From assembly GCA_965213705.1 (NCBI GenBank), contig OZ243913.1, forward strand, positions 1,632,001 through 1,696,000: 64,000 nt of DNA, written 5' to 3'. A program made the translations under genes and the position numbers. Below the pieces are notes generated by a model. It did no database searches and was not told the origin of the DNA. It was given only the letters and a program-made list of their open reading frames with translations. Shown one piece after another: positions 38,872 through 49,617 of the stretch. Position 1 is the stretch's first letter, and the number at the start of each line of letters is the position of its first letter. Source of the DNA: Trueperaceae bacterium (GTDB taxonomy: Bacteria > Deinococcota > Deinococci > Deinococcales > Trueperaceae).

Positions 38872-41502
38872 TTACTCGAGCGCGCTCCGCAGCGCCTGTG
38901 CCAGGCTCAGGAGGTGTTCGGCGGACACCTCTTGCAGTTGATTCTCGAAGGTGCCGAGTTGGTCGAGGACGGTTTTGGGCCTGTCTTTGGCGAGGGCCTC
39001 GCTCACCTGCTCGAGCGTTTTGAGAAGAGCGAGGGTCTGGTCGCCGTTCAAAGTTCCGGCGGCGCGCAGGGTTGCGACCTCTTTCGTCAGGACGTTTAAG
39101 AGAACCTGTGGGTCGGCGTTGAGAGCGTGTCCCACGACCACCGGGTCGTGGTCGGACGAGCGGTAGGGGTCGGCCTCGAAGAGCGCGTCCTGAGCCTCTT
39201 TTTTGAATGTCGTGTCGTAGTCGAGGAGGTCGGGCTCGTCGGCGTTGATGTGCCACTCGGTCGCGCCCGTGACTTGCGGCAACAGCGCCGTGTTCGCCAG
39301 GGCGTAGTCGAGGTAACCGAACTGCCCGTCGAACACGTACGAGTAGGCGAACTCGCCCTGGAACTTCAGAACGAGGTCCGTAAAGCCCGCCGTCTCGAGC
39401 GCCTGGACGGGGTCTTCTTGGTCGTAAGCGTTGAGGTCGCCGATGACGAGGAGGTCCGGGTCGCCGCTGCCGGTCGGGTCGCCGGCGAGCCAGTCGGCGA
39501 GCCGGCCGGCCGCCAGCGTCCGCGTAAGGTTGCAGCTGCCTTGCTCGGCACTGTCGTCGCCCGCGCCGCAGCCGGACCCCTTGGACTTGAAGTGGTTGAC
39601 GACGACCGTCAGCACGCCGCCGGTGGCTTTTTCGGCAAAGGTTTGCGCCAGGGCGGGCCGGTTTTTGGGCGTGTCCAGGTTGCGAGGGTTGGTAAAGCTG
39701 TCGTCCTCGAGCACCGCCGCCTCACCGAGGGCAACGACGACCGCCGGTTTGTAGACGAACGCCACCTTGATTTCGTCGCTGCCGTCCACGCTCGTCTCGA
39801 CGTAGGCGTACGTGTCTGCGCTCGCAACCTTGTTGAGGGCTTTGGTGAGGTCGTCAAGCGCACTTGTTTCGCCCTCGGGGTCGTTCTCTATTTCGACAAG
39901 ACCAACGACGTCCGCGCCCGTGCCGATAATCGCGCTGACGATTTTGGCTTCTTGCCGCGCGAACTCGGCCGGGTCGTCGGCCCCGCGCGAAGTCGGAAAG
40001 CCGCCCCCCACACCGTCGCCGTTGAAGTAGTTGAGGACGTTGAAGCTCGCCACCTTGAGCGTACCGCCCACGTCCTCCGGCGCTGCCGGGCGCGGGTTCG
40101 TCTGGGCGTAGTCGGCCCCCGAGGTCGGCTGGACGCGGTACTTGCCGAAGCTGTAAGTCAACACGCCGGTCACCCCCTGCACCGTGTCGCCGCCGCGGAA
40201 ACGGTTGTCCAGGTCGAACACCAGGCCGTTCGGGTGCCGCGCCGGGTCGGGGTTTTGCGTGTTGCGGCCGTCGTCCAAGGTGATGCGGCTGAGTTCGATT
40301 GTCTCTCGAGCCGCGTCGACGGCCGTCATTTGCGTGTCGGGGTCGAGGTAGCTCGTCGGCTGGTAGGGGCGGCCCTGGTCCGCGGGGACGGGCCGCGACA
40401 GCACGATTTCGCCGTAACGGTCGAAGTTGAAGTATTCGGAAATGACGAGGGGTTGCGGAAAAACGACGACCATGCCTTCGAAGCGCTCCATCCCGCCCGC
40501 ACTCGCCAAGGGCAGGGTGATTTCGGTCGGTGTCGGCAGCGGCTGCGTACCCAGCACGCTCAACCGGGTGAGGTCGGTGACTTCGGTTAAGCCTTTGAAC
40601 TCGGTGACCGTGCCGGTGAGGCTGACGAGGTCGCCCGCTGCGACGTCGGCCGCGCCGGGTGCGTACACGAACACGCCTTCGGAGGTCGCGGCGTCGCCGT
40701 CGGCGTCCGCGTCTTCTTCCTGGACGTAAAAACCGCCCAGGTCGCTGCTGAACGGGTCGCCGTCGTCGTCTTGGAAGTCGCCGACGACGACGCCCTCAAC
40801 GGTGACGGTGCGTCCCTCGAGCGGGCTGGTTTCACCCGCGCCCTGAAGGTCGTGGATGAGCGTGACCGTGTCCGCACCACCTCCGTCGCCCCCGTCGTCA
40901 CAGGCCTCGAGCGGCGCGGGGTCGCCGACAAAATTCTGGTCGGTATTGACGCTTCCAAAGGTGTTCGTTCGGGCAGGTGTCCAGCCGAAGTCGTCGTAGG
41001 TCGCGCCCGAGCCGGTGAGTTGCAAGGAGGCGTCCGCCGCGGTGCCGGCGTCCTCGGCCACGCCGATGTCGGTGCTGGTCAGGCCGGCCGCCGGCCCGTC
41101 CAATGCGGTAAAACTGCCTCCGTAAGACAGAAACTGCACCACGCCGCCGCAACCGTCGACCAGAGCAAGGCCGTCCGGCGCGCCGTTCTGAATCCCCATA
41201 CTAGAAAAAACCAAAGTGCCGAAGCCGCCGCTCTGGTCGGGAAGTGTGCCCGTCAAGTCCACGGTGTCGTAGACGTTTCGCTGCGCGCTCGAGCCGTTGT
41301 AAAGGCTCAAGCGCCAACCGCCCAGGTCGGTTCCGGCCGGACCGGCTATCTCGACGGCTTCGCCCGTGTCGTCGCCGTCGTTGTCGTAGTGGAGTTCGTT
41401 GATGAACACCGGGGTGCTCTGGCGGGGGGCCGGCTCGAGCGCTGGTTGTGCACAGGTCGTCAAGAGTCCGAGGAGCAGGGTCGTACTCAGCGTTCGCTTC
41501 AT
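38872..41502 (-). CDS. ExeM/NucH family extracellular endonuclease, probable lipoprotein
   Basis: FINELHYDN lamin-tail-like domain, OB-fold, ASFNVLNY, VNHFKSKG, GDLNAY, SSDHDPV. Confidence 0.92.
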   Translation of the reverse strand: MKRTLSTTLLLGLLTTCAQPALEPAPRQSTPVFINELHYDNDGDDTGEAVEIAGPAGTDLGGWRLSLYNGSSAQRNVYDTVDLTGTLPDQSGGFGTLVFSSMGIQNGAPDGLALVDGCGGVVQFLSYGGSFTALDGPAAGLTSTDIGVAEDAGTAADASLQLTGSGATYDDFGWTPARTNTFGSVNTDQNFVGDPAPLEACDDGGDGGGADTVTLIHDLQGAGETSPLEGRTVTVEGVVVGDFQDDDGDPFSSDLGGFYVQEEDADADGDAATSEGVFVYAPGAADVAAGDLVSLTGTVTEFKGLTEVTDLTRLSVLGTQPLPTPTEITLPLASAGGMERFEGMVVVFPQPLVISEYFNFDRYGEIVLSRPVPADQGRPYQPTSYLDPDTQMTAVDAARETIELSRITLDDGRNTQNPDPARHPNGLVFDLDNRFRGGDTVQGVTGVLTYSFGKYRVQPTSGADYAQTNPRPAAPEDVGGTLKVASFNVLNYFNGDGVGGGFPTSRGADDPAEFARQEAKIVSAIIGTGADVVGLVEIENDPEGETSALDDLTKALNKVASADTYAYVETSVDGSDEIKVAFVYKPAVVVALGEAAVLEDDSFTNPRNLDTPKNRPALAQTFAEKATGGVLTVVVNHFKSKGSGCGAGDDSAEQGSCNLTRTLAAGRLADWLAGDPTGSGDPDLLVIGDLNAYDQEDPVQALETAGFTDLVLKFQGEFAYSYVFDGQFGYLDYALANTALLPQVTGATEWHINADEPDLLDYDTTFKKEAQDALFEADPYRSSDHDPVVVGHALNADPQVLLNVLTKEVATLRAAGTLNGDQTLALLKTLEQVSEALAKDRPKTVLDQLGTFENQLQEVSAEHLLSLAQALRSALE

Positions 41503-41640
41503 GAATCTCCTTTGGCAACGTCGTCTTGAACGTTTCTCGCTCGAGCAAGGTAACACACCCGCTTCGGTCTTTCGTCAGTTGTCGAACCGAGGAACGGGTA
41601 CACTGAAACCTATGAAGGTCAACCCCGTGAAAGTTGCCCC

Positions 41641-42342
<702 letters not shown>

Positions 42343-42344
42343 CC

Positions 42345-43169
42345 TTGAGCTTCTTCATCGCCTGCGACATCGACCACACGCTTTTGGACGACAAGGGAAC
42401 TCTTTTGGAGGCCAACGTCGCCGCCTTGGAGAAAGCCCGCGCCCTCGGCGCGACGGTGCTCCTCGCCACCGCGCGCAGTTACGCTGGAGCGAAGCCCATT
42501 CACGACGCACTGAAACTCGACACACCCCTAGTCGTCAGCAACGGTACGCTCGTGTGCGCGCCGGACGGGAAAGTGTTGATGGCGCAAACGCTCGAGCCCA
42601 CCACCGCCCGCAACATCGTCGCGCTGTTCCGCGAGACCCCGCACCACTGGAGTTTTCGCAACCAGGACGCGGCGCTGCTCCACCCGAACTTCGACACCAG
42701 CCGCGCCCCCTTCAACGACCCGCACCACTACCGCCGAACCGACCATGCCGCGCTCGAGGGCTTGCTCGGCGACTACGACCGCATTATCACCGCCAGTTTG
42801 TTCGGCGTGCCGCTGCGCGCGTTTTTTTACCAGCACGACTGGCCCGGCCTCAAACTGACCGGCGACTACTACGCGCCGAGCCACTACAACCCGCTCGAGA
42901 CGGTGAGCGTGATGTCCGCCGCCGCCAGCAAGGGCAACGCGGTTCGCTGGGCCAGAAGTTACCTCGGTCTCGAGCACGCCCCCACCCTCTGCATCGGCGA
43001 CAGCGTTGCCGACGCGACGATGTTCGCGCTCGGAACCGGCGTCGCACCCGCCAACGCCGCACCCGAAGCGCTCGCCCAGGCCGACTGGGTAGCCCCCCAC
43101 TGCGACCGCGGCGCGGTGGCGGCGGCGCTGTACAGGTACGTGCTGGCGAGGGACGTGCCGGTGTTCTAA
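42345..43169 (+). CDS. Cof-type HAD hydrolase
   Basis: CDIDHTL, LATAR, SKGNA, IGDSVAD motifs. Confidence 0.88.
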   Translation: MSFFIACDIDHTLLDDKGTLLEANVAALEKARALGATVLLATARSYAGAKPIHDALKLDTPLVVSNGTLVCAPDGKVLMAQTLEPTTARNIVALFRETPHHWSFRNQDAALLHPNFDTSRAPFNDPHHYRRTDHAALEGLLGDYDRIITASLFGVPLRAFFYQHDWPGLKLTGDYYAPSHYNPLETVSVMSAAASKGNAVRWARSYLGLEHAPTLCIGDSVADATMFALGTGVAPANAAPEALAQADWVAPHCDRGAVAAALYRYVLARDVPVF

Positions 43170-43170
43170 T

Positions 43171-43250
43171 AAGTACCGAGTCGAAAGTACCGAGGACCGA
43201 GTAGGAGGTAATTTTTTACTCGGTACTTTGCACTCGGTACTCGGTACTTT
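43171..43250. repeat. Palindromic heptamer repeat element, copy 2
   Basis: aagtaccgagtcgaaagtaccgaggaccgag...actcggtactttgcactcggtactcggtacttt. Confidence 0.75.
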
Positions 43251-43273
43251 TCTCAAGATGATATAACAAACGC

Positions 43274-45493
43274 ATGACGAGCGACTTGAGCTTGCGCGCG
43301 CAGGCCACTACTTTCGGCCTGAGCCCGGACGAGTTCGACCTCGTCGTTACGGCCTTGGGCCGTGAGCCGAACGCGCTCGAGGCGGGGGTCTTCGGGGCGC
43401 TCTGGAGCGAGCACTGCGGCTATAAAAACTCTCGCCCGCTGCTGAAACGCTTGCCCACGCAAGGCCCGCAAGTTTTGCAAGGCCCCGGCGAAAACGCGGG
43501 CGTGGTGGACATCGGCGAGGGTTATGCGGTTGCCTTTAAGATGGAGAGCCACAACCACCCCTCGGCGGTCGAGCCCGTGCAGGGCGCGGCGACGGGCGTG
43601 GGCGGCATTCTGCGCGATATTTTCGCGATGGGCGCGCGGCCGGTGGCGGTGCTCGACAGCTTGCGCTTCGGACCCGTCGACAACCCGCGCACGCGCTATC
43701 TACTGGGCGGCGTCGTCCACGGCATTTCGCTCTACGGCAACGCCGTCGGCGTGCCGACGGTCGGCGGCGACATCTTTTTTCACGCGTGTTACCAGGAAAA
43801 CCCGCTCGTCAACGTGATGGCGCTCGGGCTTTTGCGGCACGAGGACTTGCAGAGCGGCACAGTCGGGGAGGTTGGCAACAAGCTCGTTTACGTGGGTTCC
43901 AAGACGGGCCGCGACGGTTTGGGTGGGGCGGTGTTCGCCTCGGCGGACTTGTCTAGTGCGAGCGCGGCCGACCGGCCCGCGGTGCAGGTCGGCGACCCGT
44001 TTATGGAAAAACTGTTGCTCGAGGCCTGCCTCGAGGCCATTCAGCAAGACCTCGTCGTCGGCGTGCAGGACATGGGCGCGGCCGGACTCAGCAGCAGCGT
44101 CGGCGAGATGGCTTACCGGGCGGGAAAAGGCGTCGACCTGTTCATTGACCGCGTGCCGCGCCGCGAAGCGGGGATGACGCCGCTGGAAGTTCTCCTCTCC
44201 GAATCGCAAGAGCGCATGGTGCTCACGGCCAAACCGGGCCGCGAAAACGAGCTTTTGGCGCTCCTCGAGCACTGGGAACTCGACGCGGTCGTCGTGGGCG
44301 AGGTGGCCGAGCACGGCATGTTTCGGGTGCTCGAGCACGGCCGGACGGTCGGTGACATGCCGGTCGCCGCCCTCAACGAAGCGCCAAGCTACACGCGGCG
44401 AGGTATGGAAAATCCGGACATCAAAGCAAAAAGAGAGAAGCCTTTCGATGTACCCGTGCCGCAAGACTTGGGCGCGGTGCTCCTCAAACTCTTATCAAGC
44501 CCCACCATTGCCAGCAAACGCCCGGTCTTCGTCCAGTACGACCAGCAGGTGATGACCAACACCGTCGTGCTGCCGGGCGCGGGCGACGCGGCGGTGCTGC
44601 GGGTGAAAGGCACGTCCAAGGGTATCGCCGCGAGTACCGACTGCAACCCGCGCTACTGCTACCTGGACCCGAAACAAGGCGCGATGTTGGCCGTCGCCGA
44701 GGCGGCGCGCAACGTCGCTTGCGTCGGCGCGACGCCGCTGGCGATAACGAACAACCTCAACTTCGGCAACCCGACGCGGGCGGACGTGTATTACCAGCTC
44801 GAGCAAGCCGTCGCAGGTCTTGCCGAGGCTTGTCTGGCGCTGAACACGCCCGTCACGGGCGGCAACGTCAGCTTATACAACCAGTACAGCGCGGCGGGCG
44901 AAACCGTCGCCATCTACCCGACGCCGACCGTGGGCATGGTCGGGGTGCTGGGGGATGTCACGAAGCGGGCGACGGTGGCGTTCAAGCGAGAAGGGGATGT
45001 GGTTATCCTTGTCGGCGACCCCACCGACGAACTCGGTGCGTCGGAGTATCTGTTTGTGGAACACGGCCTCGAGCTGGGGAGGCCGCCGCGGCTCGACCTG
45101 GCGCGCGAACGAGCCGTCCAAACGGCGGTCGTCGCCCTCGTCCAAAAGGGACTGTGTGACACGGCGCACGACCTCTCGGAGGGTGGGCTCGCTGTCGCCT
45201 TGGCGGAGATGGCGATGACTGGGGGAAGGGGTGCGAGTTTGGAGGTCTCGAGCCCAATTCGTACCGACGCGCTACTCTTCGGCGAGGCGAGTTCGCGTAT
45301 CCTGGTGGCGGTGCGCCCGGAAGGTTTAGCCGAGGTCGAAGCCGCGTTGGAGGCGCACGGTGTACCCCATATGAACTTGGGTTACGTCGGTGGCGACAAC
45401 CTCAAGCTAAGTTACGAGTCCGGCGTGCTCGAGTTCCCCGTGCAGCAGCTACAAGAGGTTTACGAAGCACCCTTGAAAGAGGCTCTGGCTTGA
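43274..45493 (+). CDS. purL: Phosphoribosylformylglycinamidine synthase subunit PurL
   Basis: [39 protein letters not shown]. Confidence 0.97.
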   Translation: MTSDLSLRAQATTFGLSPDEFDLVVTALGREPNALEAGVFGALWSEHCGYKNSRPLLKRLPTQGPQVLQGPGENAGVVDIGEGYAVAFKMESHNHPSAVEPVQGAATGVGGILRDIFAMGARPVAVLDSLRFGPVDNPRTRYLLGGVVHGISLYGNAVGVPTVGGDIFFHACYQENPLVNVMALGLLRHEDLQSGTVGEVGNKLVYVGSKTGRDGLGGAVFASADLSSASAADRPAVQVGDPFMEKLLLEACLEAIQQDLVVGVQDMGAAGLSSSVGEMAYRAGKGVDLFIDRVPRREAGMTPLEVLLSESQERMVLTAKPGRENELLALLEHWELDAVVVGEVAEHGMFRVLEHGRTVGDMPVAALNEAPSYTRRGMENPDIKAKREKPFDVPVPQDLGAVLLKLLSSPTIASKRPVFVQYDQQVMTNTVVLPGAGDAAVLRVKGTSKGIAASTDCNPRYCYLDPKQGAMLAVAEAARNVACVGATPLAITNNLNFGNPTRADVYYQLEQAVAGLAEACLALNTPVTGGNVSLYNQYSAAGETVAIYPTPTVGMVGVLGDVTKRATVAFKREGDVVILVGDPTDELGASEYLFVEHGLELGRPPRLDLARERAVQTAVVALVQKGLCDTAHDLSEGGLAVALAEMAMTGGRGASLEVSSPIRTDALLFGEASSRILVAVRPEGLAEVEAALEAHGVPHMNLGYVGGDNLKLSYESGVLEFPVQQLQEVYEAPLKEALA

Positions 45494-45506
45494 AAGAGGT
45501 ACTGGC

Positions 45507-46949
45507 ATGACGAACCCCCTCGAGTTCGACAAACCTCGCGAAGAGTGCGGCGTGTTCGCCGTGCATCTACCCGAGCCCGCCGACGTGGCTGCACTCTGTC
45601 ACCTGGGCCTGTTTGCGCTGCAACACCGCGGTCAGGAGTCCTGCGGCATTTGCATTTCGAACGGCGAGGAAATCCGCATTGAGAAAGACATGGGCTTGGT
45701 GAGCGAGGTCTTTACCGAGGCGCGGCTCGAGACGCTGCGGTTTGAGGGCACGCACACTGGCATCGGCCACACGCGCTACTCGACGACGGGCTCGTCGCTG
45801 CGCTTCAACGCGCAGCCGCTCACGGTGCGCTCGAACAAGGGGCTGCTGGCGATGGCCCACAACGGCAACTTTACGAACGCTCGAGCCCTCCGCCACCAAA
45901 TGCTCGACGAGGGCGCGGTGTTCCAAACCACCAACGATTCAGAAGTGATGATTAACCTCATCGCGCGCTACAGCCACTTGTCGCTTGAAGACGCGACCGC
46001 GCGAACGATGGGGGAGTTGGAGGGCGGCTTCAGCGTGGTCATCATGGACAAAAACAAAATCATCGGCCTGCGCGACCGGAACGGCGTGCGGCCTCTGGTG
46101 ATTGGTGAACTTGACGGCGGTCACGTCTTCGCCTCCGAACCCTCCGCGCTGCACGTCATCGGCGCGACTTTTTTGCGCGACGTGCGGCCGGGCGAACTCG
46201 TGGTGGCGGACGACGCGGGGTTGCACTCGACCCAAGTCCTGCCGCCTGCACCGACGCCCTGTGCGTTCGAGTGGATTTACTTCGCCCGCGGCGACGGCGC
46301 GCTCGACGGGGCCGACGTTCATGCGGCGCGCGTCCGCATGGGCGAGGTCTTGGCGCAGGAGGCTCCGGCCGCAGCTGACCTCGTCGTCGGCGTGCCCGAG
46401 TCCGGTTTGGCGGCGGCCATCGGCTACGCGCGGGCTTCCGGCATTCCCTACGACTTGGGGCTGTACAAGTCGCCCTACGCGGGGCGCACCTTCATCAATC
46501 CGACGCAGCGTCTGCGCGACCTCAAAGTCAAGCTCAAACTCGCGCCGACCACCGCGGTGCGGGGTAAGCGCGTCGTGCTGGTCGACGATTCCATCGTGCG
46601 CGGCACGACCTCGGGGCGGATTGTCCAACTCTTGCGCGAAGCCGGGGCACTCGAGGTGCATTTCCGGGTCTCGAGCCCGCCAATTCGCTACCCCTGTTAC
46701 TACGGCATCGACACCGCCGCCCGCAAGGAACTCGCGGCGGCAAGCTTGAGCGTCGAGGAGATTCGCGAGAAAATCGGGGCCGATTCGCTCCACTACATTT
46801 CCGAAGCCGGTCTGTCGAGAGCCGTCGGAATAGCCAAAACGTGTCTGGCCTGCTTCAGCGGCGAGTACCCGGCGGGTCAGCCGGACGAGGAAGCGCATAA
46901 AGGAGAGTTGGACCGGGAAGAGGCGGAACGAGTAGCCGTACCTGCTTAG
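45507..46949 (+). CDS. purF: Amidophosphoribosyltransferase
   Basis: REECGVF, LQHRGQE, HTRYST, VDDSIVRGTT. Confidence 0.97.
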   Translation: MTNPLEFDKPREECGVFAVHLPEPADVAALCHLGLFALQHRGQESCGICISNGEEIRIEKDMGLVSEVFTEARLETLRFEGTHTGIGHTRYSTTGSSLRFNAQPLTVRSNKGLLAMAHNGNFTNARALRHQMLDEGAVFQTTNDSEVMINLIARYSHLSLEDATARTMGELEGGFSVVIMDKNKIIGLRDRNGVRPLVIGELDGGHVFASEPSALHVIGATFLRDVRPGELVVADDAGLHSTQVLPPAPTPCAFEWIYFARGDGALDGADVHAARVRMGEVLAQEAPAAADLVVGVPESGLAAAIGYARASGIPYDLGLYKSPYAGRTFINPTQRLRDLKVKLKLAPTTAVRGKRVVLVDDSIVRGTTSGRIVQLLREAGALEVHFRVSSPPIRYPCYYGIDTAARKELAAASLSVEEIREKIGADSLHYISEAGLSRAVGIAKTCLACFSGEYPAGQPDEEAHKGELDREEAERVAVPA

Positions 46950-47078
46950 AGCAGTGCGAGAGGTAGTCAAATGTTTCCGTAAGTAGCGTGATTTTGTCCT
47001 CATACGCGGTGTCAAGCTGTGCTAAACTATCCTAACTACCTAAGTTTTTAAGGTAAATTATTTATGATGGGAGCTTAA

Positions 47079-47603
47079 ATGATGGAACGTCCATATCCAG
47101 TTGCGTCAATAGCAAACGCTCTACTTGAACTTGCTTGGCAGGATAATGGTCATGTTTCTCCCATGAAGCTTCAAAAGCTGGTCTATTTGGCACATGGTTT
47201 GAACCTTGCTCTGTATGGAAGGCGTTTAATTGATTCGACCATTCAAGCTTGGAAGTATGGCCCTGTTATTCCACCCTTGTACTATGAGTTGAGGCACTAT
47301 GGGGCGTCTGACATAAATGTACCCATCACGCTACGCAGTTCAGATATGTTCCTAGACGAAGGTACAATAGAGTCACCGCGCCCACTAGACGAAAGAACAC
47401 GCGCCCTCTTGAACCAAGTTTGGAAAGCGTATGGTAATAAGAGTGCTGTGAGTCTCTCCAGCCTCACTCACGACAAAGATTTGCCAGAGGGTGAGCCTTG
47501 GTATAAAACATGGCACGATAGAAATGGAAAAACTATCTGGGGAAAAGAAATATCGGATGACGATATTGAGAAGAGCTTTAAGAAGCTTTTGGTGACCAGC
47601 TAA
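47079..47603 (+). CDS. Panacea (DUF4065/SocA-like) antitoxin-domain protein
   Basis: IAN, MKLQKLVY, AWKYGPV, LSSLTH, PW, ISDDDI motifs; AT-rich. Confidence 0.88.
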   Translation: MMERPYPVASIANALLELAWQDNGHVSPMKLQKLVYLAHGLNLALYGRRLIDSTIQAWKYGPVIPPLYYELRHYGASDINVPITLRSSDMFLDEGTIESPRPLDERTRALLNQVWKAYGNKSAVSLSSLTHDKDLPEGEPWYKTWHDRNGKTIWGKEISDDDIEKSFKKLLVTS

Positions 47604-47606
47604 TAC

Positions 47607-48158
47607 ATGGCTGATGGGGATAATCCTGACGAAAGGCTCCTCTTTCGCCCTAGTCCGGTTCCTGGTGAGCGAGAATACGAAAAAGCACAGCAGGAGGCCA
47701 AGGAGCTGTATGGAGTGTCAGACCCCGAAGCGGTGAGCGAAGAAGAGCACTACAGAAGAAAGTTGTTTGTAGCAAAAAGTGAAGTCGCGGACATGATTCC
47801 TCGACTTTTGCGTCAGTATGAAATAGATTTGAAACAAGAGGAAACCGAGCGTAAAAGGTATTCGGCAAGGGTTTACAGACTTGTCCTATGGTGGCTTGGA
47901 ATTATTCTGGCGCTCATCGTGCTTTCAAATGCCAGTTTTCATCAGAGCTTCTTCACACCCAGATTTTCGCTCCACTTTTCCTTAAACGCAAGCATTATTA
48001 TTGCTCTCATTACAAGCGCTACCGCCGGTTTGATAGGTTTGCTGGCAACTATCATCAGCTACTTTTTTACAAAATCTCGTGAACAAATTTCTCTCTACGA
48101 TGGTTTATTCAAGGCGATGTTAAATGACGAAAGTGCTGAAGAGTCAAAAAATAAATGA
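47607..48158 (+). CDS. Hypothetical membrane protein with two transmembrane helices, candidate toxin/effector
   Basis: Charged N-terminal half, then VYRLVLWWLGIILALIVL and IIIALITSATAGLIGLLATIISYFF; starts 3 nt after the Panacea stop. Confidence 0.75.
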   Translation: MADGDNPDERLLFRPSPVPGEREYEKAQQEAKELYGVSDPEAVSEEEHYRRKLFVAKSEVADMIPRLLRQYEIDLKQEETERKRYSARVYRLVLWWLGIILALIVLSNASFHQSFFTPRFSLHFSLNASIIIALITSATAGLIGLLATIISYFFTKSREQISLYDGLFKAMLNDESAEESKNK

Positions 48159-48190
48159 GGTAGAAACGCTAAAAGCACGAAAAACACTGA

Positions 48191-48931
48191 TTAAAGTGGC
48201 TTTTTGCCTTTGCGCTCAAACAGCGTCAGCGCCACCGGCCCGCGGTACTGCGCCCTCAACAGCCGAAAGCCCGCTTCTGCGGCTTGTTGCTCGAGCTTTT
48301 GAGAGTCTACAAACCTTATACCCGACGCCCTTATCAATCCTTGAGCCCCCTTGCCGAGCACGCTTTCGGCTTTGGTGAGGTACATCTGCCACATCTTCCC
48401 GCCGGGTTTGAGGACTCGAGCGAACTCGCTCAACGTTTGCGGCAAACCGGTGAACTCGTTGAGCGAGCCGCCGCAGACGAGCGCGTCGAAGACCGCGTCT
48501 CGGTAGGGGAGGGCGCGCACGTCGGCGAGAACGAGGACGGGACTCACTTCGTCGCGCTCGGCGTACTGCCGGGCTTTTTTGAGAAACGGCAAGCTGAAGT
48601 CGACGGCGTGAACCTTTAAAGCGGGTTCGTGTTTTAGCAGCGTCCGCGCGTACAGCCCGGCGGAGCAGGCGGCGTCCAACATCTTCTGGCCGGGTTGGGG
48701 ACGGAGAAGCTCGAGCAGCAGCGCCAGCTCCCGCTCGGTGTTGAAGGCCCCGCCGGTTAACAGTGAGATAGAACGTTTGCGCCACAGGGATTCGTAGACT
48801 GCAGCAGTCAGAGGTGAAAAGTTCGTCTTCTGGCCCAAAGGAACATTCGGACGTTTCTCCAGCGCCCGGTAAATCCCGTCGACAAGCGGCGGTTGCGGTG
48901 GTTTGAACACTTGCAAACTCACGTCAGGCAC
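48191..48931 (-). CDS. Class I SAM-dependent methyltransferase
   Basis: MLDAACSAGLY, AVDFS, ADVRALP, RVLKPGG; start uncertain. Confidence 0.85.
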   Translation of the reverse strand: MPDVSLQVFKPPQPPLVDGIYRALEKRPNVPLGQKTNFSPLTAAVYESLWRKRSISLLTGGAFNTERELALLLELLRPQPGQKMLDAACSAGLYARTLLKHEPALKVHAVDFSLPFLKKARQYAERDEVSPVLVLADVRALPYRDAVFDALVCGGSLNEFTGLPQTLSEFARVLKPGGKMWQMYLTKAESVLGKGAQGLIRASGIRFVDSQKLEQQAAEAGFRLLRAQYRGPVALTLFERKGKKPL

Positions 48932-49014
48932 AGGAGAAAGTGCCGGGGACTGTCCCGAGTAAAGTGAGGATGACCAGACCGCGGGCCGTTGTCGACGACC
49001 TCGCCCGCACCCAC

Positions 49015-49614
49015 TTAACCCTCCAACCCGACTGCATACAGCGCGCCGTCCTGCACGCTCAGCGCGACCCGGGGGAGGGGCCGCACCGCCGGGCCGCTCA
49101 CCGCTGCGCCCGCGCGTTCGGGGTCGAAGACGCTGAAGTGGCAGGGGCAGGCCAGGGCGGGCGAGTCGGTGCGGTAGTTGAAGGCGACCGCGATGGCCTC
49201 TAAGTTGCGGTTGAGCGCCACGATGCAACCCTGGTGCGTGCAGACGCGGCTGAAGGCGGCGTAGTGCCGCCCCGCCACGCTCACGCCGCCCAAGATGGGT
49301 TCAGGCAGCCGCAACGCGACGGCGGGGACGCTCCCGAGGACGAACTCACGCTCGCTCCACACATCGGGGAACTCGCTCAGGTCGCCGACACGCTGGGCGG
49401 GCCGGGGCGCGAAGGTGGGGTTTTCAGCCGGACGGCCCTTGCTGAACTGAATCTTGTAGGCCTCGTAAGCCGCGAAACCTACACCGCCGACAACCGCCAG
49501 GACGGGCAAGCGCCACAGCCAGGTGACGATTCGGCGGCGACTTTCGTCGACGGTTTCACTTTGGTCCCGTTCACCTCGGTCCCGTTCATCCTGGTCTGGA
49601 GTCCGCCCGGCCAT
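49015..49614 (-). CDS. Rieske [2Fe-2S] protein with Tat-like membrane anchor
   Basis: SRRR plus hydrophobic helix, CTHQGC and CPCHFSVF, GPAVRPL. Confidence 0.92.
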   Translation of the reverse strand: MAGRTPDQDERDRGERDQSETVDESRRRIVTWLWRLPVLAVVGGVGFAAYEAYKIQFSKGRPAENPTFAPRPAQRVGDLSEFPDVWSEREFVLGSVPAVALRLPEPILGGVSVAGRHYAAFSRVCTHQGCIVALNRNLEAIAVAFNYRTDSPALACPCHFSVFDPERAGAAVSGPAVRPLPRVALSVQDGALYAVGLEG

Positions 49615-49617
49615 CGC

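Noticed and set aside
48932..49228. N-terminal extension of the methyltransferase ORF to 345 aa
   Set aside because: It overlaps the Rieske gene in another frame and is low-complexity; the real start is probably near 48931.
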